Assembly (NCBI GenBank): GCA_963753325.1
Contig: CAVWBS010000001.1
Coordinates: 1,642,297-1,706,296 of the forward strand
Direction: 5' to 3'
DNA from: an uncultured delta proteobacterium
Lineage (GTDB): Bacteria > Desulfobacterota > Binatia > UTPRO1
DNA length: 64,000 nt
The notes beneath the pieces are model-generated. The model made no database searches and was not told the origin of the DNA. It was given only the letters and a program-made list of their open reading frames with translations. This document shows positions 50,731-59,776 of the stretch, one piece after another; positions within the stretch are counted from its first letter, which is position 1; each line of letters starts with the position of its first letter. The translations under genes and the position numbers were made by a program.

Positions 50731-51864
50731 CTACTGACAGCTCGGCAGATCGTCGGGGAACTGCGTGCCGACGCGGTTGTGTTTCCAGCAGTTGCCGGTC
50801 CCGGTCAAATCCCAGGCGAGATCGACCGCGAACACGGGATTGATGAGCGGCGACGGGGCCCCCCCGTTGCCGAACGCGACGTTCTGGACGATGCGATCGG
50901 AATCGGGATTCGGTTCGATGTCGAGCCCGGCGCACTGCTCGTCGGTGAGGTTGTTGGCGACGCAATAGTTCGCGACCGCAATGCCGAACGAGTCGTTCTG
51001 GAAGACCAGGTTGTGATCGACCCTGTTGGCGTCGGCCGCGAGCACGAGCAGGCCCGATCCCGGCGGCACCGCGCACACCTCGTCCGAGGGATCGAGGCAG
51101 GTGTTGGGCTTGTTGTTGTCGTGGATGAGATTGTGATCGACGCGATTGTTCGTGTTCTGCTTCACATCGAGGAAGATGTTCGTGAACGTCAGGATGCCGG
51201 CGGTATTGCCGAAGGACTCGTTGTGGTCCATCCGGGTGTTGCTGCAGTTCTCCAGCTCGAAGCCGCTGACGTTGCCGGTCGCGAGATTGAGGTCGACGCG
51301 CACGTCGTGCGATTGCCCGATATAGATGCCGGTATCGTTGGAGCCGGTCGCGACGTTCAGCGCCACCGTGCCGGCGCCGCAATGCGAGGGAAAGATCCCG
51401 TATTCCGCGTTGTCGTGGGTGGCATTGCCGACCACGCGCCAGTCGTCCGCGCAGAAGAGGAAGATACCGTCGCCGTCGAAGCCGTTCACCGTGAAGCCGC
51501 TCACGAGCGCGCCGTGGATGCGCTGCTGCGGATCGGTGAGGCAGTCGGGGCCGACCGCACCGTCCTTCGCGATCGCGATGCCCTGATCCTGACCGCCCGC
51601 GTTCTCCAACACGACGCGCCCGAGCGCGACGAGCGAAATTCCGTCCTTGTCGATCACCACGCCGCAGGTGTTGCCCGGCTCGGTCGGACACGGCCGCCCC
51701 GCCTCATGATACGTGCCGGCGCGCACGGCGACGCGATCGCCGGAGTGTGCCGCGTCGACGGCCGCCTGGATGGAATCGTGGGGACCGACGAAGATCGTCC
51801 GCGCGTTCGCGGGCGAGGCCGCGACGAGAGCCGCAACCAAGAGCGCAATCTTGACCAGACGCAT
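50731..51864 (-). CDS. secreted right-handed parallel beta-helix repeat protein (pectin-lyase fold, NosD-like)
   Basis: Strong AAGGAGG RBS and signal peptide MRLVKIALLVAALVAASPANA. Repetitive motifs fit a beta-helix (NxxHDN, GIYIGQSHDVRVD, NRVDHNL). Confidence 0.7.
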   Translation of the reverse strand: MRLVKIALLVAALVAASPANARTIFVGPHDSIQAAVDAAHSGDRVAVRAGTYHEAGRPCPTEPGNTCGVVIDKDGISLVALGRVVLENAGGQDQGIAIAKDGAVGPDCLTDPQQRIHGALVSGFTVNGFDGDGIFLFCADDWRVVGNATHDNAEYGIFPSHCGAGTVALNVATGSNDTGIYIGQSHDVRVDLNLATGNVSGFELENCSNTRMDHNESFGNTAGILTFTNIFLDVKQNTNNRVDHNLIHDNNKPNTCLDPSDEVCAVPPGSGLLVLAADANRVDHNLVFQNDSFGIAVANYCVANNLTDEQCAGLDIEPNPDSDRIVQNVAFGNGGAPSPLINPVFAVDLAWDLTGTGNCWKHNRVGTQFPDDLPSCQ

Positions 51865-52159
51865 GACGGACCTCCTTTGATTTCCGGGTAGGAGTCTCCA
51901 ACGGGACTCTCTCGCGGTCATCGCAGAGCGTCCACTACAGTCAATCGTCGGCGGGCCTGGTGGATAAGCGTCGAGGCAAGCCACTCGGGAGGTTTGGGCC
52001 GTGCGGTTCTGCAACGACAGCATCTCCCCTGTGCGATCATAAGAATGGAATGGGGAGTACGCCCTAGAGTTTTCATTGCGGCACGCGATCGGAAATGCTA
52101 GGTCCGCTTCGTCCGCGGATCACCCGGCTCCGCTCTTTCCCCCGCAGGGAGGTACGCAC

Positions 52160-53770
52160 GTGCGCTTCTTCTCACCGTCGCTCCGTTGTTCCCGCCGGGC
52201 CCGCACCGTGTTTCCTCTGGCGTGCGCGCTCGTGCTCCTCGGCACAGCAAAGGCAGGAGCCGTCTCAAACCCACCGAACTGCCCGAAGACCGGCCAGGCA
52301 CCGGCCGTCGGCGAGCTACGCGACTTGATTCCCGGGAACCAGTGCAGCGGCGGCCTGAATAACGGCGTCGACTGCGCGGCCGACAGTGAATGCCCGGGCG
52401 GTGGCCGATGCTCTCCGGGCGACACACCCATCGCCGGTTCGAAGATCGAGGGCGAGACGATCTACTACGAGGCGTCGCTCTCCTTCAATCCGACGGCGTG
52501 CGGCTACGAGGGCGGCTCCATGTGCATCGATCTTCCCTCCTCCGGAGGATGTCCGGTCGATCATCCGCCGATCTCGCCGCAGCGTTGCGTCGGTGGCGGC
52601 AATCCGAACGCCAACTGCACGGCGGCGAGCGAGTGTCCCGGGGGATCGTGCGTGACCCTGTTCGGCAGCGAGTGCTGCGACGTGACGCCGCCGGGCGGCG
52701 TACCACTGATCTGCTCGGCGGTGACCTGCGATCCGGCCGGCGAGGCGACCATCACGTCCATGCAGGTCGCGTACGCCGTCCACGCCGCCGATCAGAGCTC
52801 GCAATGCGCCGATCCGACGAACGTGCGTGCGGTGTTCCGCTATTTCAACGGCACCTCGCACCATGGGCCGAACGACGAGTTCCCGGTGAACTCCGATCAG
52901 CCGATCTGCAACGCCGTGCAGACGCCGACGCCCACGCCGACATCCACGACCACGCCGACCCCGACGACCACGACCACGGTCACGCCGACGCCGACGGTCA
53001 CGCCGACGCCGACGGCCACGCCGACCGCGACACGCACCGCATCGCCGACGCCGACCCCGACCGCGACCCGCACCCCCAGCCCCACGGCAACCGCCACGCC
53101 CGGCGAGGAGTTTTGCCGCACGCCCGGGTATTGGGGCACCCATGCGGGCACGGAGAAACAGTGCAGTCAGAACGTCACGAAGACGGTGCTCGACGCCGGC
53201 GGCCCGATCGCGATCTGCGGCGAGCGCATCCGGACGACCGCACTCGAGGATGCCGGCTCCGCGCTCGAGGCGATCTGCGTCGCGGTACAGGGCGAGCAGA
53301 CGCGTCAGCTCGCGCGGCAGCTCACCTCGACGGCGTTGAACTGCATTGTCAGCGACATCGCCGCGGGACGGAACCCGCTCGCGAATGCGACGTGCTCACA
53401 GGTGAGTGTCGGCCCGCTCTTCCAGCAATGCAACGCCGTCTGCACCGGCACGAGCACCGCCCGGACGGTCGGCCAGTGCATCGATCTGCTCGACTGCTAC
53501 AACAACGGCTTCGCACCGAATGCGGCCACGGGGAAGTGCGACGCGTCACCCGGCACCAGCTGCCACGATCGCGACTTCCCGCCGTGCGCGCTCCTCCATC
53601 TGCCGAACTGCGCGCTCCCCGCGAACAGCAAGTGCTTCGCCAAGGAAGGCGCCGCCGGGAGCTCGAACGCATGCAACGGCGCGCGCGGCAACGATTGCTA
53701 CGTCCTGGGCGCCGGCGAGGCGCGCTGCACGTGCGACAGCGATGCCGCCGAAGGTCGGCCGTGCCCATAG
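52160..53770 (+). CDS. secreted cysteine-rich protein with central Pro/Thr linker
   Basis: GTG start after a GGGAGG RBS, then a signal peptide. Two Cys-rich domains are separated by a 60-aa (TP)n linker. Confidence 0.65.
   Translation: MRFFSPSLRCSRRARTVFPLACALVLLGTAKAGAVSNPPNCPKTGQAPAVGELRDLIPGNQCSGGLNNGVDCAADSECPGGGRCSPGDTPIAGSKIEGETIYYEASLSFNPTACGYEGGSMCIDLPSSGGCPVDHPPISPQRCVGGGNPNANCTAASECPGGSCVTLFGSECCDVTPPGGVPLICSAVTCDPAGEATITSMQVAYAVHAADQSSQCADPTNVRAVFRYFNGTSHHGPNDEFPVNSDQPICNAVQTPTPTPTSTTTPTPTTTTTVTPTPTVTPTPTATPTATRTASPTPTPTATRTPSPTATATPGEEFCRTPGYWGTHAGTEKQCSQNVTKTVLDAGGPIAICGERIRTTALEDAGSALEAICVAVQGEQTRQLARQLTSTALNCIVSDIAAGRNPLANATCSQVSVGPLFQQCNAVCTGTSTARTVGQCIDLLDCYNNGFAPNAATGKCDASPGTSCHDRDFPPCALLHLPNCALPANSKCFAKEGAAGSSNACNGARGNDCYVLGAGEARCTCDSDAAEGRPCP
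52922..53101 (+). repeat. imperfect ACGCCGACNCCG microsatellite encoding the Pro/Thr linker
   Basis: Degenerate tandem hexanucleotide repeats of CCGACG/CCCACG type inside the CDS. Confidence 0.5.
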
Positions 53771-53804
53771 TCCGGCACTGAGTCCAGGCGGTGCAGGGAG
53801 CCCC

Positions 53805-53833
53805 TTGCACCTCCTTCGGCGAAGGCGTTAAAT
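53805..53833 (+). promoter_or_regulatory. sigma-70-like promoter with embedded palindrome upstream of prx
   Basis: TTGCAC is followed by a 17-nt spacer containing the palindrome CCTTCG-G-CGAAGG, then TTAAAT. AGGAGGGG RBS and the ATG lie 55 nt downstream. Confidence 0.45.
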
Positions 53834-53894
53834 CCGTGGCCGCCGGCACGGGTGTCGGCACCGCGAACGATTCCAGCCTGCCCAGGAGGGGTCC

Positions 53895-54557
53895 ATGTCA
53901 CTACGAATCAACGACGTCGCACCGGATTTCACCGCCGCAACCACACAAGGGACGATCCGTTTCCACGATTGGATCGGCGACAAGTGGGTGATCCTCTTCT
54001 CGCATCCGAAGGACTTCACGCCGGTGTGCACGACCGAGCTCGGATACATGGCGCGCATCGAACCGGAGTTCACCAAGCGCAACTGCAAGCTGATCGGTCT
54101 CAGCGTGGATCCGGTCGACGACCATGGCCGCTGGGCCAAGGACATCGAGGAAACGCAGGGCGCGGCGGTCAAGTATCCCCTCATCGGGGATACCGATCTG
54201 GCCGTGGCCAAGCTCTACAACATGCTGCCGGCGGAGGAGCCGGGCAGCGCCACGGGTCGCACCGCCGCCACCAACGCGACCGTGCGCTCGGTCTTCGTGA
54301 TCGGACCGGACAAGCGCATCAAGCTGATGCTCACCTACCCCATGACGACGGGCCGGAATTTCGACGAGATCCTGCGCGTCCTCGATTCGATGCAGCTCAC
54401 GGCCAAGCACAAGGTGGCGACCCCGGCGAACTGGCAACGCGGCCAGGACGTGATCATCTCCGGGTCCGTGTCCGACGCCGACGCGAAAGGCCTCTTCCCG
54501 GAGGGATGGAAGGCCCCGAAGCCGTATCTTCGGATCGTCAAGCAGCCGATCCCGTGA
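53895..54557 (+). CDS. peroxiredoxin (Prx6/1-Cys family)
   Basis: Peroxidatic motif FTPVCTTE within a thioredoxin fold. Confidence 0.9.
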   Translation: MSLRINDVAPDFTAATTQGTIRFHDWIGDKWVILFSHPKDFTPVCTTELGYMARIEPEFTKRNCKLIGLSVDPVDDHGRWAKDIEETQGAAVKYPLIGDTDLAVAKLYNMLPAEEPGSATGRTAATNATVRSVFVIGPDKRIKLMLTYPMTTGRNFDEILRVLDSMQLTAKHKVATPANWQRGQDVIISGSVSDADAKGLFPEGWKAPKPYLRIVKQPIP

Positions 54558-54562
54558 GCTGA

Positions 54563-55609
54563 ATGATCTTCGAGCAGGTCGAAATCGGCGGCTGCCGGTC
54601 CTACCTGATCGGCTGCGCCGAGACCTGCGTCGCCGCGTTGATCGATCCTGAAGCGAGCCAGGTCGATCGCTATCTCGCCCTCGCCACCCGCGACGGCCTG
54701 CGGATCCGGACGCTGATCGAGACGCACACGCACGCCGACCATTTCTCGGCGAGCGCTCTGCTCTCCCGCCAGCTCGGGGCGCGGGTGATCATGCATCGCC
54801 TGAGCCCGTCGCCGTGGGTCGACATGCGGGTCGACGACGGCGACACGATCGTGACGGGCAAGCTGCGCCTCCAGGTGATGCACACCCCGGGACACACCCG
54901 CGATTCCATGTCCCTGCAGGTCGAGGATCGGCTCCTCACAGGCGACACGCTGCTGATCGGCGCGACCGGCCGCACCGATCTCCCGACCGGTAGCTCGGCC
55001 GCACTGTACGAGAGCCTGTTCGGGCGCCTGCTCGAGCTGCCACCGGCTACTCGCGTACATCCGGCGCACGAGTACAAAGGCCGCGCCGAGACGACGATCG
55101 GCGAGGAGCGCGCCAACAACCCGCGGCTGCAGGTTCGCGATCAGGCCGCCTTCGTCGCGCTGATGGGCAACCTGAACCTCGGCATGCCGACGCACCTGAC
55201 CGAGGCGCTGCGGACGAACATGAGCGGCGGCAAGACGGTCGCGCAGATGCTGGCGGAGGCAGCGGCCGCGGTGCCGTTCATGGCCCTCGCCGAGCTCGAA
55301 CGGCGGCTCACGGCCGGCGACGAGGGCCTGATCGTGCTCGACGTGCGCGAACGCGATGCGTACGACACCGGTCACATTGCCGGCGCACAGCTCCTGCCGC
55401 GCGGCCAGCTCGAGCTGCGCGTCAACGACGACCTCCCCGATCCGACCAAGCGCATCGTCGTGTGCTGCGAGTTCGGCCGCATCTCGACGCTGGCGGCGGC
55501 GACGCTGCGCGCGATGGGCTTCCAGCGTGCGGCGGCACTCGACGGTGGCCTGAAGAACTGGCGGGAGGCCGGCTACCCGCTCGTGCCCGGCCCCGCCGCG
55601 GCGAAATAG
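54563..55609 (+). CDS. MBL-fold persulfide dioxygenase fused to rhodanese domain (ETHE1/CstB-like)
   Basis: HxHxDH metal motif (THTHADH) and a C-terminal rhodanese domain with catalytic Cys (VVCCEFGRIS). Confidence 0.85.
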   Translation: MIFEQVEIGGCRSYLIGCAETCVAALIDPEASQVDRYLALATRDGLRIRTLIETHTHADHFSASALLSRQLGARVIMHRLSPSPWVDMRVDDGDTIVTGKLRLQVMHTPGHTRDSMSLQVEDRLLTGDTLLIGATGRTDLPTGSSAALYESLFGRLLELPPATRVHPAHEYKGRAETTIGEERANNPRLQVRDQAAFVALMGNLNLGMPTHLTEALRTNMSGGKTVAQMLAEAAAAVPFMALAELERRLTAGDEGLIVLDVRERDAYDTGHIAGAQLLPRGQLELRVNDDLPDPTKRIVVCCEFGRISTLAAATLRAMGFQRAAALDGGLKNWREAGYPLVPGPAAAK

Positions 55610-55694
55610 CTCCGCTCGCCCGTCCGTCCGCGCGTGCCGACCGGCCGGCGACGCGCGAGAGGGTTCCGGCACGCGGCGGCGCGGTCGAGGGCGC

Positions 55695-56468
55695 TCAGCG
55701 CCCCTTCCACTTCGGCGCGCGCTTCTGGACGAACGCCGCAAGACCCTCCTGGAAATCCTCGGTGCCGAACATCTTTCCCATGCCTTCGGCGGACATCCGC
55801 CATCCGGTCTCGTCGGGCTCGTCCGTCGACGCCAGCATCACGCGCCGGCTCTCGCGCACGGCGAGGGGGGCATTCTCGGCGATCTGCGCCGCGAGCGTGC
55901 GTGCCGCCGCGAGGGCCTGCCCCTCCTCGCAGAGCACGTTGACGAGACCGAAATGGTGGGCGCGCTCCGCGGGGAAGTCGAGGCGACCGGTCAGCGCGAG
56001 CTCCATTGCGATGTTGCGCGGCAGCTTGCGCGGCAGGCGGAAGAGCGCGCCGGCCGCGGCGATGAGGCTGCGCTTCACTTCCGGCACCCCGAACACCGCC
56101 CTCCGCGAGGCCACGACGAGATCGCAGGCGAGGACGATCTCGGTCCCGCCCGCGAGCGCCGGCCCGTCGACGGCCGCGATGATCGGCTTCATCCGCTCGC
56201 GCTTGACGAAGCCCGCGAATCCGCCGCGCTCGGTCATCATCCCCGCCGGATCGACGCTCATCTGCTTCAGATCGGCGCCAGCGCAGAAAATGAATCCCTT
56301 CTCCGTCCGTGCGCCGGTCAGGATGCCGATCCACACCTCGTCGTCGGCCTCGAGCTTGTCGACCGCGTCCTCGAGCCCCCGTGCCACGGCGGTGTTGACG
56401 GCATTCCGTGCATCGGGACGATTGATGGTGATGATGGCGACGTTGCCGTCCTTCCGATAGTCGATCAT
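55695..56468 (-). CDS. enoyl-CoA hydratase/isomerase family protein
   Basis: Crotonase motifs (FCAGADL, GGTEIVLACDLVVA). The start is at an internal ATG (MIDYRKDG). Confidence 0.8.
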   Translation of the reverse strand: MIDYRKDGNVAIITINRPDARNAVNTAVARGLEDAVDKLEADDEVWIGILTGARTEKGFIFCAGADLKQMSVDPAGMMTERGGFAGFVKRERMKPIIAAVDGPALAGGTEIVLACDLVVASRRAVFGVPEVKRSLIAAAGALFRLPRKLPRNIAMELALTGRLDFPAERAHHFGLVNVLCEEGQALAAARTLAAQIAENAPLAVRESRRVMLASTDEPDETGWRMSAEGMGKMFGTEDFQEGLAAFVQKRAPKWKGR

Positions 56469-56655
56469 GCACCGCACCCTAGGCGCAGCGCCCTCCCAGG
56501 TCCAGGACCGTGGCAACCGCGCACGCCCGGGCGGGCTCGCGCGCGAGCGCTCGCGATGTCACCAGCAAGAAGCACCGAGCGAGGGCTTCCTGCGCCTGGG
56601 AATCCACGACATGCCGCGGTCGTGAATTCCGAGGCGGAATCCACTGCCGGCGAGT

Positions 56656-56671
56656 TGGCAGGATCCTTGCG
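56656..56671 (+). promoter_or_regulatory. candidate sigma-54 (-24/-12) promoter upstream of hpf
   Basis: TGGCAG-GATCC-TTGCG matches TGGCAC-N5-TTGCW with correct GG-N10-GC spacing. It lies about 70 nt upstream of the hpf ATG. Confidence 0.45.
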
Positions 56672-56738
56672 AGGTTTCCGCTCGGGACCGCGCCCGAGTT
56701 CCGGCGCGCCCGAGTGGCACCCGACCAGAGGAGGGACC

Positions 56739-57101
56739 ATGCAGGTACCGGTGCAGATCACGTTTCGCGACGTTCCGCCGTCCGACGCCGTCGAGGCCAA
56801 GATCCGCGAGCGCGCAGCCAAACTGGACACCTACTACGACCGCATCACCGCCTGCCACGTGATCGTGTCCGCGCCACATCAGCGGCAGCAGCACGGCAAG
56901 CTGTTCCACGTCGCCATCGATCTCACCCTGCCCGGCAGCGAGCTCGTCGTGAGCCGCGCGCCGGACAAGCATCATGCGCACGAGGACGTATTCGTTGCGG
57001 TGCGCGATGCGTTCGATGCCGCCCGTCGCCGACTCGAGGATCACGCCCGGCGGCAGCGCGGCGACACCAAGACCCACCCGGAGACGGTCGTCGGATCGTA
57101 G
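56739..57101 (+). CDS. hpf: ribosome hibernation promoting factor / RaiA (sigma-54 modulation protein family)
   Basis: 120 aa. ITFRDVPPSDAVEAKIRERAAKLDTYYDRI matches the HPF/YfiA N-terminal fold. GAGGAGGG RBS. Confidence 0.8.
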   Translation: MQVPVQITFRDVPPSDAVEAKIRERAAKLDTYYDRITACHVIVSAPHQRQQHGKLFHVAIDLTLPGSELVVSRAPDKHHAHEDVFVAVRDAFDAARRRLEDHARRQRGDTKTHPETVVGS

Positions 57102-57154
57102 TCCGCGCACCGGCGGGGCTTGCGCTCGTCGGGGACGGCGATCGTAGTGGAAGC

Positions 57155-57610
57155 ATGAGGCTCGTGACCACGCGATCGACCACTCGTGCGATGCGCCCTG
57201 TGCTGGGCGCGATCGCGCTCGCGCTGCTGTTCCCGCTCCATCCCGCCTCGGGCCGGGCCGCATCCGTCGGCGCCGTCGCCGCACCCCGCCCCATTCGCAT
57301 CGAGGGCTATTGGGATCGGGATCGCCGCGCGCCCGGCGTGCTCGACGGCATCCGCATCACCTCGAACGCCGGCGGGCCGCGACGGACGTTCGGCGTGACG
57401 GCGTTGCAGGCGTACAAGCCGGAGGAGGAAGGCCCGCAGGTATTGCGGCATTCTTCGCTGCAGCCGAGCCTGCGCCTGCTCGGCGACGAGGACATGGTGC
57501 GGCGCTTCATGGACGCGCCTCCGACCCAGAAGGTCGTCGCGTTCGGCGTCTACCGTGCCGCGAGCGGCACCCTCGTCCTCAGCTCCGTCGAGGTCGGAGA
57601 GGGCCGGTAG
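57155..57610 (+). CDS. hypothetical secreted protein
   Basis: Signal peptide (MRPVLGAIALALLFPLHPASG) and high GC3. Confidence 0.45.
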   Translation: MRLVTTRSTTRAMRPVLGAIALALLFPLHPASGRAASVGAVAAPRPIRIEGYWDRDRRAPGVLDGIRITSNAGGPRRTFGVTALQAYKPEEEGPQVLRHSSLQPSLRLLGDEDMVRRFMDAPPTQKVVAFGVYRAASGTLVLSSVEVGEGR

Positions 57611-57653
57611 ACGGATTCCGTTCACCCGTGACCGCGTGCTAAACGCGGGCGCG

Positions 57654-58925
57654 ATGAGCGTCACGGCGATGGTCACGGAGAGCGCCTTCGATACCGCGCA
57701 GGCCCAGCTCCGCACGGTGGCCGGCATCCTCGGGCTGGACGCGGGAATCACGGCGATCCTCACCCATCCGAAGCGCGAGCTCACCGTGCACTTCCCCGTG
57801 CGCATGGACGACGGATCGACGCGTGTCTTCACGGGCTACCGGGTGCATCACAACGACGCGCGCGGACCCGTCAAAGGGGGCCTGCGGTACAGCCCAGGCG
57901 TCAGCCTCGACGAGGTGCGGGCGCTCGCGATGTGGATGACGTGGAAGTGTGCGGTCGTCAATCTGCCCTACGGCGGGGCCAAAGGCGGCGTCGTCGTCGA
58001 CCCGCGGTCGCTCTCCGACGGCGAGCTGGAGCGCCTGACCAGACGCTACACGACGGAGATCGGCATCATGATCGGTCCCGAGCGCGACATCCCGGCGCCC
58101 GACATGGGTACCGACGCCCGCGTGATGGCGTGGATGATGGATACCTTCAGCATGCATCACGGCTATTCCATCCCCGCGGTCGTCACCGGCAAGCCGGTCG
58201 ACATCGGCGGCAGCGAGGGGCGCCTGGAGGCGACGGGGCGCGGGGTCCTGTACATCGCGCAGGAGGCGTGCGGCGTGCGCGGCAGACCCCTGCAGGGGGC
58301 CACCGTCGCCGTGCAGGGATTCGGCAACGTCGGCGGGGTGGCGGCGCGCCTGCTGGCGAAGGCCGGTGCCAGCGTCGTCGCGGTCAGCGACTCGCGCGGC
58401 GGTCTCTACCGGGACGGCGGGCTCGACGTCGAGACGCTCTACGCCAGGCGCCGGGCGGGCGGATTCCTCGACCGCACCGGCCTCGCTGCCGGCCACCGCG
58501 AGATCAGCAATGGCGAATTGCTGGAGCTTCCCGTGGACGTCCTGGTCCCGGCGGCACTGGAGGGGCAGATCACCGAGGAGAACGCGACCCGCATCCGCGC
58601 GGGTATGATCGTCGAGGCCGCCAACGGCCCGATCACGGCCGCCGCGGACGCCATCCTCGCCGGGCGCGACGTCTACGTGGTCCCGGACATCCTGGCGAAC
58701 GCCGGCGGTGTGGTCGTGTCCTATTTCGAATGGGTGCAGGACATGCAGTCGTTCTTCTGGGACGAGCGCGAGGTGAACGATCGCCTGCAGCGCATCATGA
58801 CCCGGGCCTTCCGCGACGTCAGCAGCGTCGCCCGCTCCCGCGGGCTGCGGTTGCGGGAGGCCGCGCACGTCATCGCGCTCAACCGCGTCGTCGAGGCGAC
58901 ACGACTGCGCGGCCTCTTTCCGTAG
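57654..58925 (+). CDS. gdhA: Glu/Leu/Phe/Val dehydrogenase family (glutamate dehydrogenase)
   Basis: Catalytic lysine motif NLPYGGAKGG and the Rossmann motif GFGNVGG. Confidence 0.85.
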   Translation: MSVTAMVTESAFDTAQAQLRTVAGILGLDAGITAILTHPKRELTVHFPVRMDDGSTRVFTGYRVHHNDARGPVKGGLRYSPGVSLDEVRALAMWMTWKCAVVNLPYGGAKGGVVVDPRSLSDGELERLTRRYTTEIGIMIGPERDIPAPDMGTDARVMAWMMDTFSMHHGYSIPAVVTGKPVDIGGSEGRLEATGRGVLYIAQEACGVRGRPLQGATVAVQGFGNVGGVAARLLAKAGASVVAVSDSRGGLYRDGGLDVETLYARRRAGGFLDRTGLAAGHREISNGELLELPVDVLVPAALEGQITEENATRIRAGMIVEAANGPITAAADAILAGRDVYVVPDILANAGGVVVSYFEWVQDMQSFFWDEREVNDRLQRIMTRAFRDVSSVARSRGLRLREAAHVIALNRVVEATRLRGLFP

Positions 58926-58939
58926 CGCCGCCGCACAGC

Positions 58940-58964
58940 GTCAACGGGGGCGAATTTCGTTGAC
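58940..58964. terminator. hairpin GTCAACG-N11-CGTTGAC after gdh (terminator or regulatory palindrome)
   Basis: 7-bp perfect inverted repeat 15 nt after the gdh stop. No T-tract. Confidence 0.3.
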
Positions 58965-58992
58965 AGTCGCGCCCTCGCCGCGCGACACTCCC

Positions 58993-59032
58993 CACATCCA
59001 CGCTCTGGCCTCCGCACATCCACGCTCCGGCC
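58993..59032 (+). repeat. two 18-bp direct repeats CACATCCACGCTC(T/C)GGCC, 22-bp period, upstream of the secreted protein gene
   Basis: The repeats match 17/18, are spaced two helical turns apart, and lie 30-70 nt before the ATG at 59063. They follow a perfect TTGACA. Confidence 0.35.
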
Positions 59033-59062
59033 GTTGTGCCGTGCCTCAGGGAGGAGCCGTCG

Positions 59063-59740
59063 ATGTCCCATTTCCTGCGTGCGGCCGCCGTTGTGACCGC
59101 CTTCGCTCTCGCCGCCTCGGCCGCCCCGGCGTTCGCGCAGTGCGCGTTCGGGCATCCGAAGAAGGCGGCCGTCTTCAAGACGAGCCTGACCCAGGCGTTC
59201 CTCTTCTGCGACGACCGCTATGGAGGCGAGCCGTCGCCGAACACGACGACCGAGGGCGGTATCCCGGCGTGCACGCCGCCCGAGACGTTCGATCAGCTGT
59301 CCGGCAATCCGGCCCACGGCTGGAGGTTCGACCGGTCGAAGGGGATCGGCCAGGTCCAGCTCAACGCCTCGCGCGCGTTCCCGGTGAGCCCGCTCGATCC
59401 GCCGGACAACAGCGCCGACGTTCGCGTCCGGCTGAAGCTGTCCGGTGTCCTGGAGCCTCTCGGACCCGCCTCGGGCACCGGGCGGCTGCTGATGATCTTC
59501 CGGATGACGCTCGACGATCGCGCCGTCGGCGACACGACCGTCGTCGACTTCCCGATCCAGTCGGACGTTCCGCTGGTCGCGGGGAACGCGCGGGTGCAAA
59601 CGACCCTCGATGCGATACTCAACGCACCGCCCTACAACCTGCCGGGGCTGCCGAAATGCTCCAACCTCGAGCTGCTGTACGTCGCGGTCGATGATCCCAA
59701 CGGCGACACGCTCGCCACAGCGGGTCTGTTCCTGCCGTAG
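59063..59740 (+). CDS. hypothetical secreted protein
   Basis: GGGAGGAG RBS and signal peptide MSHFLRAAAVVTAFALAASAAPAFA. Confidence 0.55.
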   Translation: MSHFLRAAAVVTAFALAASAAPAFAQCAFGHPKKAAVFKTSLTQAFLFCDDRYGGEPSPNTTTEGGIPACTPPETFDQLSGNPAHGWRFDRSKGIGQVQLNASRAFPVSPLDPPDNSADVRVRLKLSGVLEPLGPASGTGRLLMIFRMTLDDRAVGDTTVVDFPIQSDVPLVAGNARVQTTLDAILNAPPYNLPGLPKCSNLELLYVAVDDPNGDTLATAGLFLP

Positions 59741-59776
59741 TCGCGCGACGGCCGACGAGACGGTCGTCCCGGCTCG

